From contig DATCOD010000054.1 of assembly GCA_036564905.1 (NCBI GenBank), positions 1 through 59,202 on the forward strand: 59,202 nt of DNA. Reading direction: 5' to 3'. Positions within the stretch are counted from its first letter, which is position 1, and every line of letters starts with the position of its first letter. The notes under the pieces were generated by a model. The model made no database searches. It saw only the letters and a list, made by a program, of their open reading frames with translations, and was not told where the DNA came from. Position numbers and translations under genes: made by a program. Source of the stretch: Candidatus Limnocylindria bacterium. GTDB lineage: Bacteria; Chloroflexota; Limnocylindria; P2-11E. This document shows, one piece after another, positions 1 to 8,934 of this stretch.

Positions 1-271
1 GCTCTTTGCGGCGCCGATCTGCCTCCGCGTCTTCCAGGAAGTACGAGGTTGGCTTGCCGAGCTTGTTGGCCATGAACTCGAGCGACTTCATCGCCGGCCG
101 GACCTTCCCAAGCTCGATCGCGCTCACGTACGCCCGCGTGAAGTGCGGCGCGCCCAACTGCGCCTGGCTCAGACCTGCTTCAGTGCGCGCCGTCCGGATC
201 CGGTCGCCGATCTGCTGCAGCGCGTCTGAAACGGGCGCTGGCCGGCGGACGCGGGTGCGGACCTGAGGCAT
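1..271 (-). CDS. XRE-family HTH transcriptional regulator, N-terminal 90 codons only (runs off the window); paralog of the HTH-TPR protein at 14158-15483
   Basis: Not in the ORF track; translated by hand from ATG 271: MPQVRTRVRRPAPVSDALQQIGDRIRTARTEAGLSQAQLGAPHFTRAYVSAIELGKVRPAMKSLEFMANKLGKPTSYFLEDAEADRRRKE, a typical XRE helix-turn-helix. Confidence 0.85.
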   Translation of the reverse strand, partial: MPQVRTRVRRPAPVSDALQQIGDRIRTARTEAGLSQAQLGAPHFTRAYVSAIELGKVRPAMKSLEFMANKLGKPTSYFLEDAEADRRRKE

Positions 272-279
272 GACGCGGG

Positions 280-308
280 ACGATAAGAGCCGTCCCCGCC
301 CGCGTCAA
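280..308 (-). promoter_or_regulatory. sigma70-type promoter of the XRE regulator
   Basis: Minus strand TTGACG (308-303), 17-nt spacer, TATCGT (285-280), 8 nt before the ATG. Confidence 0.65.
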
Positions 309-328
309 TAGAGAATCGACAGTTTGTT

Positions 329-1312
329 CTAGAGCGAGATCGCCGACCGGATGACGGGCGGGTTCGTGGGATCGTCGAAGTGCTGGGTGTCGATGAATCG
401 CACCCGCCCGCGGGTCTCATCAAGGAGCACGCTGTGCGTGCGAACGCCGCGCGCGAAGAACCGCACGCCTCGAAGGAGCTCGCCATCGGTGACACCCGTG
501 GCGACGAAACGGATGTCACTACCGCTCGCCAGATCCTCGGTCCGGTAGATCCGGGACTCGTCTTTGATCCCCATCTTCTTCGCACGGGCACGCTCTTCCT
601 CGCTCCGGAACTTCAGCCGGCCAAGGATCTCGCCTCCGAGACAACGGAGCGCAGCGGCCGCAAGCACCCCCTCGGGGGCGCCGCCGGTCCCCATGACGGC
701 GTGGATCGCGGTGCCCGAGACCGCGACCGACATCGCGGCCATGAGGTCGCCGTCCTCGATGAGCTTGATGCGCGCGCCGGCGTCACGGACGTCCTGGATG
801 AGCTTGGCATGCCGGGGTCGATCGAGAATGACGACGGTGAGATCGTCGATCTCACGATTCAGCGAATCCGCGACGATCTTGAGGTTCTCCCGCACGGGAC
901 GGTCGAGGTCGACCTTGCCCTTCGCGGGCGCACCGACGACGAGCTTTTCCATGTACGTGTCCGGGGCGTGGAGCAAACCGCCGCGCTCCGATGCCGCGAG
1001 GACGGCGATCGCGTTCGCGCGGCCCTTCGCGACGGGGTTCGTCCCCTCGAGCGGATCGACGGCGATGTCGACCTCGGGGCCGATGCCTTTGCCGACCTCC
1101 TCACCGATGTACAGCATCGGCGCCTCGTCACGTTCGCCCTCGCCGATGACGATCCGTCCGTGAAACGGGATCTCGTCCATGGTGCGACGCATCGCTTCCA
1201 CGGCCGCCCGGTCGGCTTGGTTGTTATCGCCGTGGCCCATCCAGTGCGACGCGGCGATGGCAGCCGCTTCCGTGATGCGAACAAGTTCCAAGCCAGGCGT
1301 CCGTTCGATCAC
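329..1312 (-). CDS. glpX: Class II fructose-1,6-bisphosphatase
   Basis: Motifs [50 protein letters not shown]. Confidence 0.95.
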   Translation of the reverse strand: MIERTPGLELVRITEAAAIAASHWMGHGDNNQADRAAVEAMRRTMDEIPFHGRIVIGEGERDEAPMLYIGEEVGKGIGPEVDIAVDPLEGTNPVAKGRANAIAVLAASERGGLLHAPDTYMEKLVVGAPAKGKVDLDRPVRENLKIVADSLNREIDDLTVVILDRPRHAKLIQDVRDAGARIKLIEDGDLMAAMSVAVSGTAIHAVMGTGGAPEGVLAAAALRCLGGEILGRLKFRSEEERARAKKMGIKDESRIYRTEDLASGSDIRFVATGVTDGELLRGVRFFARGVRTHSVLLDETRGRVRFIDTQHFDDPTNPPVIRSAISL

Positions 1313-1356
1313 GTTTCACAACGTTAGCGGAAATGTGCGCCGCCTACGATTTACGC

Positions 1357-2271
1357 ATGAACCGCCGGATGTCGAACGTGCTCCTCATGGCCGCACTGCT
1401 CGTCGCGAGCGGCGCGCTGGTCAGCGCGATCTGGAGATTCGGCGGCCCCGACATCTTCGCGGATCGGGTCGAGCCGATCCCGCCGGCGATCGAGGCGACC
1501 GCCGCGGATCCGGGTGACCCGCCGAACACGTTCGGCGGCGGCCAATTGATCGAGTCGCCCAAGCCCGGGGACCCGCCCGGCTACACGCGGGTGCCCGCCC
1601 CGACCGTCGAGGCCGGCACGCGCCGCATCGGGATCCAGGTCGGACACTGGCAGACGGACAACGTGCCTCCGGAGCTGCGCCGCCTGGAGGTCCAGACCGG
1701 AACGAGCTGGAATGGCATCACGGAGACGGAAGTGAGCCTCGAGATCGCGGCGCGGCTCGTGGATCTGTTGAAGAGCCATGGCTACATCGTCGACATCATT
1801 CCCACGGCCGTGCCGCAGGGGTATCTGGCGGACGCGTTCGTCGCGCTGCATCTGGATGGCGACGGCACGGGCGAGAACAGCGGGTACAAGCTGGCGCACG
1901 GGAGCCGGCGCGGACCGTACGAGCAGCAACTGCTCGACGACATCAGCCAGGAGTACGGGGCTGCGACGGGACTGCCGCTGGACTACCGGATCACTTCAGC
2001 GATGAGGGGGTACTACGGATTCAGTTGGCAGCGCTACCGCTCCGCGACTTCGCCGTTCACGCCGTCTGTGATCCTCGAGATGGGCTTCCTCAGCAACGAC
2101 GGCGATCGTGCGCTCGCGATGGATCGCCCCGATCTGCTCGCCATCGGGATCGCGAACGGGATCGAGCGCTTCCTGTCCGAGGTGCCCTCGACCGAGCTGT
2201 TCGGTAAGGACCTGCTGCTTCCACCCACTCGCGCGGCGTTCCGGACGCCGTCCCCGTCAGCGACTCCGTAG
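1357..2271 (+). CDS. Membrane-anchored N-acetylmuramoyl-L-alanine amidase (Amidase_3 family)
   Basis: N-terminal hydrophobic helix; IQVGH...E...ALHLDG...ILEMGFLSN pattern. Start set at ATG 1357 because TACGAT lies 6 nt upstream. Confidence 0.8.
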   Translation: MNRRMSNVLLMAALLVASGALVSAIWRFGGPDIFADRVEPIPPAIEATAADPGDPPNTFGGGQLIESPKPGDPPGYTRVPAPTVEAGTRRIGIQVGHWQTDNVPPELRRLEVQTGTSWNGITETEVSLEIAARLVDLLKSHGYIVDIIPTAVPQGYLADAFVALHLDGDGTGENSGYKLAHGSRRGPYEQQLLDDISQEYGAATGLPLDYRITSAMRGYYGFSWQRYRSATSPFTPSVILEMGFLSNDGDRALAMDRPDLLAIGIANGIERFLSEVPSTELFGKDLLLPPTRAAFRTPSPSATP

Positions 2272-3390
2272 CTTCGTCGCGAGGCGCACGGCCGCCGCTT
2301 CGATGAGCGACTCGGCGTTCCGCATCGCATCCGCGAGCGGCATGCCATCCGGCGTGCTCACCTCGATCGCCTCGATGCCCTGAGACAGCAGCGCTTCGTA
2401 GCCCGGCGCGGTCCCGCCGACGATCAGGGCCGCGCGCACGCCCGCGTCACGCGCCGCGTGCGTCACCGCCTGGGTGACCTTCCCATACGCGCTCTGCGCA
2501 TCGACACGGCCTTCACCCGTAACGACGAGATCGGCGCCCGCGGTGCGTGAGGCGAACTTCGTGGCATCGAGCACGAGCTCGGCGCCCGAACGGAGCCGGG
2601 CGTCGAGGAACGCGAGGAGGCCCGCGCCGAGCCCGCCGGCGGCGCCCGCACCGGGCACGTCGCGCACGTCGCGGCCGACGAAGTCCTCGATCACGTCGGC
2701 ATAGCGCGCGAGCGCGGCATCCAGCTCGGCGACCATCGCGGGCGTCGCGCCCTTCTGCGGTCCGTAGACAGCCGTTGCGCCCTCCGGCCCGAGCAACGGG
2801 TTACGGACGTCGCACGCGACCTCGATCGCGGGTCGGACGAGGCGCGGGTCGGTCTGCCCTTCGAGATGATGGAGCCGTGCCAGCGCCGCACCGCCCTCCG
2901 GAAGCTCCCGTCCTTCGCGGTCGAGGAACCGGTACCCGAATGCCCGCGCCATGCCGGCGCCCCCGTCGTTCGTCGCGCTGCCGCCAATGCCGATGACGAT
3001 CCGATGGGCGCCGCTCATCGCCGCCGCGAGGATGAGCTCGCCGGTGCCCCGCGTGGACGTGACGCGCGGATCGCGCTCGCGCTCACTGAGGAGTGGCAGC
3101 CCGCTCGCGGCGGCCATTTCGACGACCGCCGTCGTCCCGTCACCCAGGATCCCCCACTCCGCGTCGATCTCGCGGAGCAGCGGATCGTGCACGCGGGTCA
3201 TGCGGATGCTCCCGTTGGTCGCTCGCACGAGCGCGTGGACCGTGCCCTCCCCGCCGTCCGCGAGCGGGATCAGGTCGAGCTGCGCGTCGGGCAGGACGCG
3301 GCGAAAGCCACGCGCGATCGCGGCCGCGACTGCGACCGCGTCGGCGCTTCCCTTGAAGGATTGCGGCGCGATGACGACCCGGTATGGAAT
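2257..3390 (-). CDS. glxK: Glycerate kinase (GlxK/GarK family); start probably ATT at 3390
   Basis: VIAPQSFKGS, ADGGEGT, GIGGSATNDGGAG, GAGAAGG, VTGEG motifs. The only canonical upstream start (3456) overlaps the divergent gene. Confidence 0.9.
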   Translation of the reverse strand: MPYRVVIAPQSFKGSADAVAVAAAIARGFRRVLPDAQLDLIPLADGGEGTVHALVRATNGSIRMTRVHDPLLREIDAEWGILGDGTTAVVEMAAASGLPLLSERERDPRVTSTRGTGELILAAAMSGAHRIVIGIGGSATNDGGAGMARAFGYRFLDREGRELPEGGAALARLHHLEGQTDPRLVRPAIEVACDVRNPLLGPEGATAVYGPQKGATPAMVAELDAALARYADVIEDFVGRDVRDVPGAGAAGGLGAGLLAFLDARLRSGAELVLDATKFASRTAGADLVVTGEGRVDAQSAYGKVTQAVTHAARDAGVRAALIVGGTAPGYEALLSQGIEAIEVSTPDGMPLADAMRNAESLIEAAAVRLATKLRSR

Positions 3391-3448
3391 GCCGCCGAGC
3401 GTAGACGGGTTGACGGAGCGTGGCCGCCAACAGAAATAGACTGGGGTC

Positions 3449-4429
3449 GTGACCATCGTTTCCCGGGAGAGCGACGCCGCCTGTCTTCGGCGCGAACCGG
3501 CCGAGCTCGCTCCGGCCTGGTCCGCGCTCGCAACATCGCGTCAGCCCCCGAGCATCTTCCTCACCCCAGAATGGAGCGCGGTCTCCCGCGCCCACGAGCC
3601 GACCGAGCCGATCACGCTCTCCGTCGGGGACCAGGGTGTCGCCGCGCTCGCACGCGAGGCCGACGGCACCGTCACGTTCGCGGGCGGCCAGCTCACCGAC
3701 GAACAAGATGTCGTTGCGGCGCCCGGAGACGAGCGGGACGTCGCGAGCGCGGTCGCCCGGTGGATCGTGGCGCAGCGGCCGCCGCGTATCCGCCTTGAGT
3801 ACGTCCCCGAGGAACGACCCACCCTCGATGCGTTCGCAGAGATCCTGACCGATGCGGGCTATCGCGTCGCCCGCGTACGGCAGACGGTCTCGCCGGTGCT
3901 CGACCTGCCCGACTCGTATGAGTCGTACGTCCAGTCGCTCGGCAAGAAGGAGCGGCATGAGCTTCGGCGCAAGGTCCGGCGCCTCGAGAGCTCGGGACGG
4001 GCGAGCTTCCGGTTCGCGTCGGAAGCGGAGCGCGCCACGGTCCTCGATCGGTTCTTCGCGCTCCATCGCCTCAGCCGCGGCGAGAAGGCCGGATTCATGA
4101 CCCCAGAGGTCGAGCGGTTCTTCCGCGATATCGCCGACGCGCTCGCGCCGCTCGGTCGCCTGCGGCTCGGCGTGCTCACCTTCGACGGCGCGGAGGCCGC
4201 GGTGCTATTCGGCTTCGCGCTCGGTCCCGTGATCGCGCTCTACAACGCCGCGTACGACCCGGGGCTCGCGTCGCTGTCGGTCGGCATCGTGAGCCACGCG
4301 TGGGCGATCCGCGAGGCGATCGCGCGCGGATACAGGACGTACGATCTGCTCCGCGGCGATGAGCCGTACAAGTACGACCTCGGCGCGCACGACCGGTGGC
4401 TCGCGCGCCTCGACGCGGAGCGCGGCTGA
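3449..4429 (+). CDS. GNAT-fold protein, CelD/BcsL-like
   Basis: IFLTPEW, LDLPDSYESYVQSLGKKERHELRRKVRRL, YNAAYDP, YDLLRGDEPYKYDLGA; TAGACT 6 nt before the GTG. Confidence 0.8.
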   Translation: MTIVSRESDAACLRREPAELAPAWSALATSRQPPSIFLTPEWSAVSRAHEPTEPITLSVGDQGVAALAREADGTVTFAGGQLTDEQDVVAAPGDERDVASAVARWIVAQRPPRIRLEYVPEERPTLDAFAEILTDAGYRVARVRQTVSPVLDLPDSYESYVQSLGKKERHELRRKVRRLESSGRASFRFASEAERATVLDRFFALHRLSRGEKAGFMTPEVERFFRDIADALAPLGRLRLGVLTFDGAEAAVLFGFALGPVIALYNAAYDPGLASLSVGIVSHAWAIREAIARGYRTYDLLRGDEPYKYDLGAHDRWLARLDAERG

Positions 4430-5679
4430 TGCGGGTCGCGATGCTCTCGGTGCACGCCTGCCCCATGGCGAAGCTCGGCGGCCGCGATTCGGGCGGGATG
4501 AACGTGTACATTCGTGAGGTTGCGCGCGATCTCGCGAGCCGGGGCATCGAGGTCGACGTGTACACGCGTCAACGCGAGCACGACCATCCGACGATCCAGG
4601 AGATCGCGCCCGGGGCGCGGGTCATCCACATCGAATCGGGCCCGGTCAGCTACCTGCCGAAGATGGAGGTGTACGACCGGCTCGGTGAGTTCACCGAAGG
4701 GGTCGACGCATACGTTCGAGCGCAGGGGCTCACCTACGACGTGATCCACGCCCACTACTGGCTGTCCGCCGAGGTCGCCCGCGTGCTCGCGCCACAGTGG
4801 GGCGTGCCGCGGATCCAGATGTTCCACACCCTCGGGCTCGTGAAACGCGAGGTGATGGACGAGGACGTCGACGCCGAGAGCGACGTGCGCATCGCGATCG
4901 AGCGCCGGGCGGTGCAGGAGTCCGCGGCCGTCGTCGTCGCGAGCGAGATCGAGGCGAGCGAGCTCGAGCAGCTGTACGCGGCCGAGCCGGAGAAGCTGCG
5001 GATCATCCCCTGCGGCGTGGACCCCGAGGTCTTCCATCCCATTCGCCAGGCGGACGCACGGCGCGCGCTCGGCCGCGACGAGTGCGAACGCCTGGTGCTC
5101 TTCGTCGGGCGGATCGAGCAGATCAAGGGCATCGACGTCCTGCTTCGCGCGATCGGCATCGTCTTCCGCGCCTACCCGGAGCTGCGCGATGAGATCTGCC
5201 TCCTCGTCGTCGGCGGTTCGCTCGACGCCGAGGATGGGGAGGCCGAGACGGAGAAGATCGTCGAGCTGCGCCGTCTCGTCCACGAGCACCGACTCGAGGA
5301 CACCGTCGACTTCGTCGGCTCGCAGGACCAGCCGCGGCTCGCGCTCTTCTACAACGCCGCGGACCTCTGTGCCGTGCCATCGCTCACCGAATCGTTCGGC
5401 CTCGTCGCGCTCGAGTCGATGGCCTGCGGCACGCCGGTCGTGGGCACGCGCGTCGGGGGCCTGCAGACGGTCATCGAGAACGACGTCTCAGGCGTGCTCG
5501 TGCCGGCCGGCGATGACGCGGCGCTCGCCGAGGCGATGGCCCGGGTGCTGCTGGACCATGCGCTCCGCCTGCGGCTCGCGGCGGGCGCGCGGGAACGGGC
5601 GAAGGCCTATTCCTGGCACCGCGTTGGCGAGGCGATCGCCACTCTGTACGCGGATCTCATGCAACCGGTGGAGGTCTGA
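4429..5679 (+). CDS. GT4 glycosyltransferase, MshA-like
   Basis: N-terminus RVAMLSVHACP..LGGRDSGGMNVY, HAHYWLS, MFHTLG, ESFGLVALESMACGTPVV; TGATG coupling to the GNAT gene. Confidence 0.85.
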   Translation: MRVAMLSVHACPMAKLGGRDSGGMNVYIREVARDLASRGIEVDVYTRQREHDHPTIQEIAPGARVIHIESGPVSYLPKMEVYDRLGEFTEGVDAYVRAQGLTYDVIHAHYWLSAEVARVLAPQWGVPRIQMFHTLGLVKREVMDEDVDAESDVRIAIERRAVQESAAVVVASEIEASELEQLYAAEPEKLRIIPCGVDPEVFHPIRQADARRALGRDECERLVLFVGRIEQIKGIDVLLRAIGIVFRAYPELRDEICLLVVGGSLDAEDGEAETEKIVELRRLVHEHRLEDTVDFVGSQDQPRLALFYNAADLCAVPSLTESFGLVALESMACGTPVVGTRVGGLQTVIENDVSGVLVPAGDDAALAEAMARVLLDHALRLRLAAGARERAKAYSWHRVGEAIATLYADLMQPVEV

Positions 5680-6374
5680 TGGCGGACACATTCGAGCTCC
5701 CACGCCGCGCGATGGCGATCTTCGCGCACCCCGACGACGTGGACTTCGGCTGCTCCGGCACGGTCGCGCTCTGGACGAAGCAAGGCGTGCACGTCACGTA
5801 CTGCCTCCTCACGAGCGGGAACAAAGGCACCCACGACGCGGAGATGACCGCCGAGAAGATCGCGGTCATCCGCGAGCGGGAGCAGCAGGAGGCCGGTCGA
5901 CGCGCGGGCGCCTCCGAGTTCGTGTTCCTCCGTCACGACGATGGGGAGCTCGAGGTCGGGATGGGGATCCGGGGCGAGGTCTGCAAGCAGATCCGCATCC
6001 ACACGCCCGATCTCGTCTTCTGTCAGGACCCGTGGCGCCAGTACCAGATGCATCCCGACCACCGCGTCGCCGGCTGGTCCGCGCTGGACGGCATCATCGC
6101 CGCGCGCGATCACCTGTTCTTCCCCGAGCAGCTGACCAACGGACTCACCCATCACCGCGTGTCGCGCGTCCTGCTGTTCGGCACGGCCGATCCGAACATG
6201 TGGTTCGACATCACGTCCACGATGAAGACGAAGATCCACGCGCTGCAGGCACATGAGAGCCAGATCGGCGACTTCAAGCAGCTTTCAGAGCGGATGCATG
6301 CGTTCGCGGGCGCGACCGGTAAGGCGTGGGGTCTCGAGAAGGCCGAGGCGTTCCGCTACCTCGAGCTGGCGTAG
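5679..6374 (+). CDS. PIG-L/LmbE-family deacetylase (MshB/BshB-like)
   Basis: AHPDD and HPDH zinc motifs, K..AL.AH.SQ, AEAFR; TGATG coupling. Confidence 0.9.
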   Translation: MADTFELPRRAMAIFAHPDDVDFGCSGTVALWTKQGVHVTYCLLTSGNKGTHDAEMTAEKIAVIREREQQEAGRRAGASEFVFLRHDDGELEVGMGIRGEVCKQIRIHTPDLVFCQDPWRQYQMHPDHRVAGWSALDGIIAARDHLFFPEQLTNGLTHHRVSRVLLFGTADPNMWFDITSTMKTKIHALQAHESQIGDFKQLSERMHAFAGATGKAWGLEKAEAFRYLELA

Positions 6375-6379
6375 TCGCC

Positions 6380-7648
6380 GTGGGCGCGCGCCGTCCCCCG
6401 GCGGTCGCCCTGTTCGCCGCGACCGGGTTGACGATCGGCCTGACGGTCGGCTTCGGCCTCGGCCTCTGGCTGCTTCTTGCGCGCGTCTGGGGCATCAGCC
6501 TGCTCGGCGCGAACTGGATCGCGCTCGTCCAGGTCCACGGGGTCCTGCAGCTCTTCGGATTCGTCGGACTCTTCGCGATGGGCATCGCCCTCCACGCCCT
6601 GCCGCGATTCCGGGGTGCGGGACCTCCGCCGGCGTTCCTCGTCGGGATCACTTACGGCGGGACGGTCACTGGGCTCGCCGTGCGTTCGCTCGCGCAACCG
6701 ATCCCCGATCTTCCCGCCCGCGATGCGCTCCTGCTCGTCGGTGGCGGCCTGCTGGTCGTCGGAACGCTCGCGTTCAGCGCAGCGGCGATCGGATCGCTCC
6801 TCGCCGGCCGGAACCCGCACCGGCCGGACGAGCTGATCATGGGCGCCGGCATCTGCGTCTTCCCGGTGGCCGCACTGCTCGTCGCGCTCGAGGCGGTCGG
6901 GCCGGTGCCGCTGATCATCGATCAGGCGACCGACGACCGCGCCTTGTGGACGATGCTCCTTGGAGGGATCGGCACGCTCATCTTCGGCGTCTGGGCGCGC
7001 CTCGCGCCCGGCTTCGTCGCCGCGCTCCCCGCGCGGCCGCGGCCGTTGCTCGCGGGTGTCGCGATCTGGCTCACGGGCGTCGGACTCCTCGCCGCGGGGA
7101 TGGCGGCCGGCCCGTGGCTCCTCCTGGCCGGGCTCGCGACCACGACCTACGCGCTCAGCGTGTTCGGCCCCGGCATCGCGCGCCAGCCACTCCGGGACCA
7201 CGCCCGACTGACCCGGATCGGCGTGCGATCCGCGTTCGCCTGGGCGTTCGTGGGTGTCGGGATCCTCGCGGCGGGGACCCTTGGCGTCGCCGGCTCGTAC
7301 CTCCAGATCTCGGCCGGACGCCACGCGGTGGCGCTCGGCTTCGTGACGCTGATGATCTACGCGGTCGGGGCGCGCGCGCTGCCCGCATTCCTCGACCGCC
7401 GGCTCTGGAGCACGTCCCTGCAGGTCGTGACGCTGGCCATCGCGAACCTCGGCGTCGCCCTCAGGGTCATTCCCCAGCTCGTGCAGGGCACGGAGCTCGA
7501 CCCGGTCGTCGGCATCTCGGGGATCCTCGGCTACACCAGCCTGGTGCTCTTCACCGTGAACGTCGTCCGCACGCTCCGCGGTCCGAAACCGCCGGTCGCG
7601 GTCATGGGCGCGCCCGTTCGCCTCGATCTCCACGTCGGTCCGCACTAG
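6380..7648 (+). CDS. NnrS-like polytopic membrane protein
   Basis: Many hydrophobic helices; VHGVLQLFGFVGLFAMGIALHALPRF and RHAVALGFVTLMIYAVGARALPAF; sits next to nirK. Start approximate (GTG 6380). Confidence 0.65.
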   Translation: MGARRPPAVALFAATGLTIGLTVGFGLGLWLLLARVWGISLLGANWIALVQVHGVLQLFGFVGLFAMGIALHALPRFRGAGPPPAFLVGITYGGTVTGLAVRSLAQPIPDLPARDALLLVGGGLLVVGTLAFSAAAIGSLLAGRNPHRPDELIMGAGICVFPVAALLVALEAVGPVPLIIDQATDDRALWTMLLGGIGTLIFGVWARLAPGFVAALPARPRPLLAGVAIWLTGVGLLAAGMAAGPWLLLAGLATTTYALSVFGPGIARQPLRDHARLTRIGVRSAFAWAFVGVGILAAGTLGVAGSYLQISAGRHAVALGFVTLMIYAVGARALPAFLDRRLWSTSLQVVTLAIANLGVALRVIPQLVQGTELDPVVGISGILGYTSLVLFTVNVVRTLRGPKPPVAVMGAPVRLDLHVGPH

Positions 7649-7654
7649 GCGGTC

Positions 7655-7720
7655 GGGACCTCCGGCTCTACCAGATGGGGACCCTCGGCAGGCGCTTGTC
7701 TATTTGACGACCAATAGGGT
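7655..7720 (+). promoter_or_regulatory. nirK promoter: two DevR/DosR-like boxes and a -10 element
   Basis: GGGACCTCCGGCTC (7655-7668), GGGACCCTCGGCAG (7678-7691), TAGGGT (7715-7720) 6 nt before the ATG. Confidence 0.5.
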
Positions 7721-7726
7721 CACGGC

Positions 7727-8917
7727 ATGAATGAACGACGCTTGCAGCCAAGGCCGCGGTCCGCGTTCGATCCGGCCGGCGAGGGGTACCGCTATCTCCT
7801 CTTGACGATCATCACCGTCGCGGTGGTCTTCACCTCGACCGTGCTCGTCCTCGGAGCGGCGAGCCAGTCCAAGGCCTCCGCCACCACCTCACAGCCGGCG
7901 GTCATGCCCGCGGACATGCCCGGCATGACCACGTCGGGCGGCGGCGCGGCGCCAGGGGCGGCCCCGGCACCGATCGCGAGCGCGAAGCCGGTCACGGTCA
8001 AGGAGATCTCGCGTCCGGCGTCCGACGTACCGCCGCCGATCACGCGAACGACGCCGACGACGGTCGTGATCACGCTGGAAACGAAGGAAGTCACCGCGAC
8101 GCTCGATACGGGCCAGACGTACAGCTACTGGACCTTCGACGGCACCGTGCCGGGTCCGATGTTGCGGGTCCGGGTGGGCGACACGGTCGAGCTCCACCTG
8201 AAGAACGCGGCGAATGATCTGATGCAGCACTCCATCGACCTGCACGCGGTCAATGGCCCGGGCGGCGGCTCGGGCGCGACGGCCGTCTCACCCGGAAAAG
8301 AGGCGGTGCTCACGTTCAAAGCGCTCAACCCAGGGCTGTACGTCTATCACTGCGCCACCGCGCCGATCCCGATGCACATCATCAACGGGATGTTCGGGAT
8401 GATCCTCGTCGAGCCGGTCGGCGGCTTGCCCAAGGTCGATCACGAGTATTACGTGATGCAGAGCGAGCTCTACACCAACGCCGCCTTCGGCACGCCCGGG
8501 CATCACGACTTTTCGAACGACAAGATGCTGAACGAGACACCGGACTACGTCCTGTTCAACGGCCGGGTCGGCGCGCTGACCGGCGCCGGCGCGCTCACGG
8601 CCAAGGTCGGCGAGTCGGTCCGCATCTACTTCGGTGTCGGCGGCTTCGTCGACTCGAACTTCCACGTGATCGGCGAGATCTTCGACCGGGTGTACCCGGA
8701 AGGCGCCCTCGGGCAGCCGCTCGAGAACGTCCAGACGACCCTCGTCCCCGCGGGGGGCGCGACGGCCGTGGAGTTCACGGTCGAGGTGCCGGGCCGGTAC
8801 CTCCTGGTCGACCACGCTCTGCCGCGGGCGCTCAACAAGGGCGCCGTCGGGTATCTCGAGGTCGAGGGGGCGCCGAATCCATCCGTGTTCGACGGCACAG
8901 GGACCGGGGGCCACTGA
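7727..8917 (+). CDS. nirK: Copper-containing nitrite reductase with N-terminal membrane anchor or signal
   Basis: WTFDGTVPGPMLRVRVGD, HSIDLHAV, YVYHCA...MHIINGMFG, NFHVIGEIFDRVY, LVDHAL: type 1 and type 2 Cu ligands and catalytic Asp/His present. Confidence 0.93.
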   Translation: MNERRLQPRPRSAFDPAGEGYRYLLLTIITVAVVFTSTVLVLGAASQSKASATTSQPAVMPADMPGMTTSGGGAAPGAAPAPIASAKPVTVKEISRPASDVPPPITRTTPTTVVITLETKEVTATLDTGQTYSYWTFDGTVPGPMLRVRVGDTVELHLKNAANDLMQHSIDLHAVNGPGGGSGATAVSPGKEAVLTFKALNPGLYVYHCATAPIPMHIINGMFGMILVEPVGGLPKVDHEYYVMQSELYTNAAFGTPGHHDFSNDKMLNETPDYVLFNGRVGALTGAGALTAKVGESVRIYFGVGGFVDSNFHVIGEIFDRVYPEGALGQPLENVQTTLVPAGGATAVEFTVEVPGRYLLVDHALPRALNKGAVGYLEVEGAPNPSVFDGTGTGGH

Positions 8918-8934
8918 CCAGGGCCAGCGCTCGC

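Noticed and set aside
1500-1585. DPGDPP/KPGDPP in the amidase linker resembling the propeptide tail DPGLPP
   Set aside because: Short Pro-rich low-complexity match, expected by chance in linkers.
7696-7710. FNR box upstream of nirK
   Set aside because: TTGTC-N5-GACGA does not fit TTGAT-N4-ATCAA or TGTGA-N6-TCACA; kept only as an unassigned near-palindrome.
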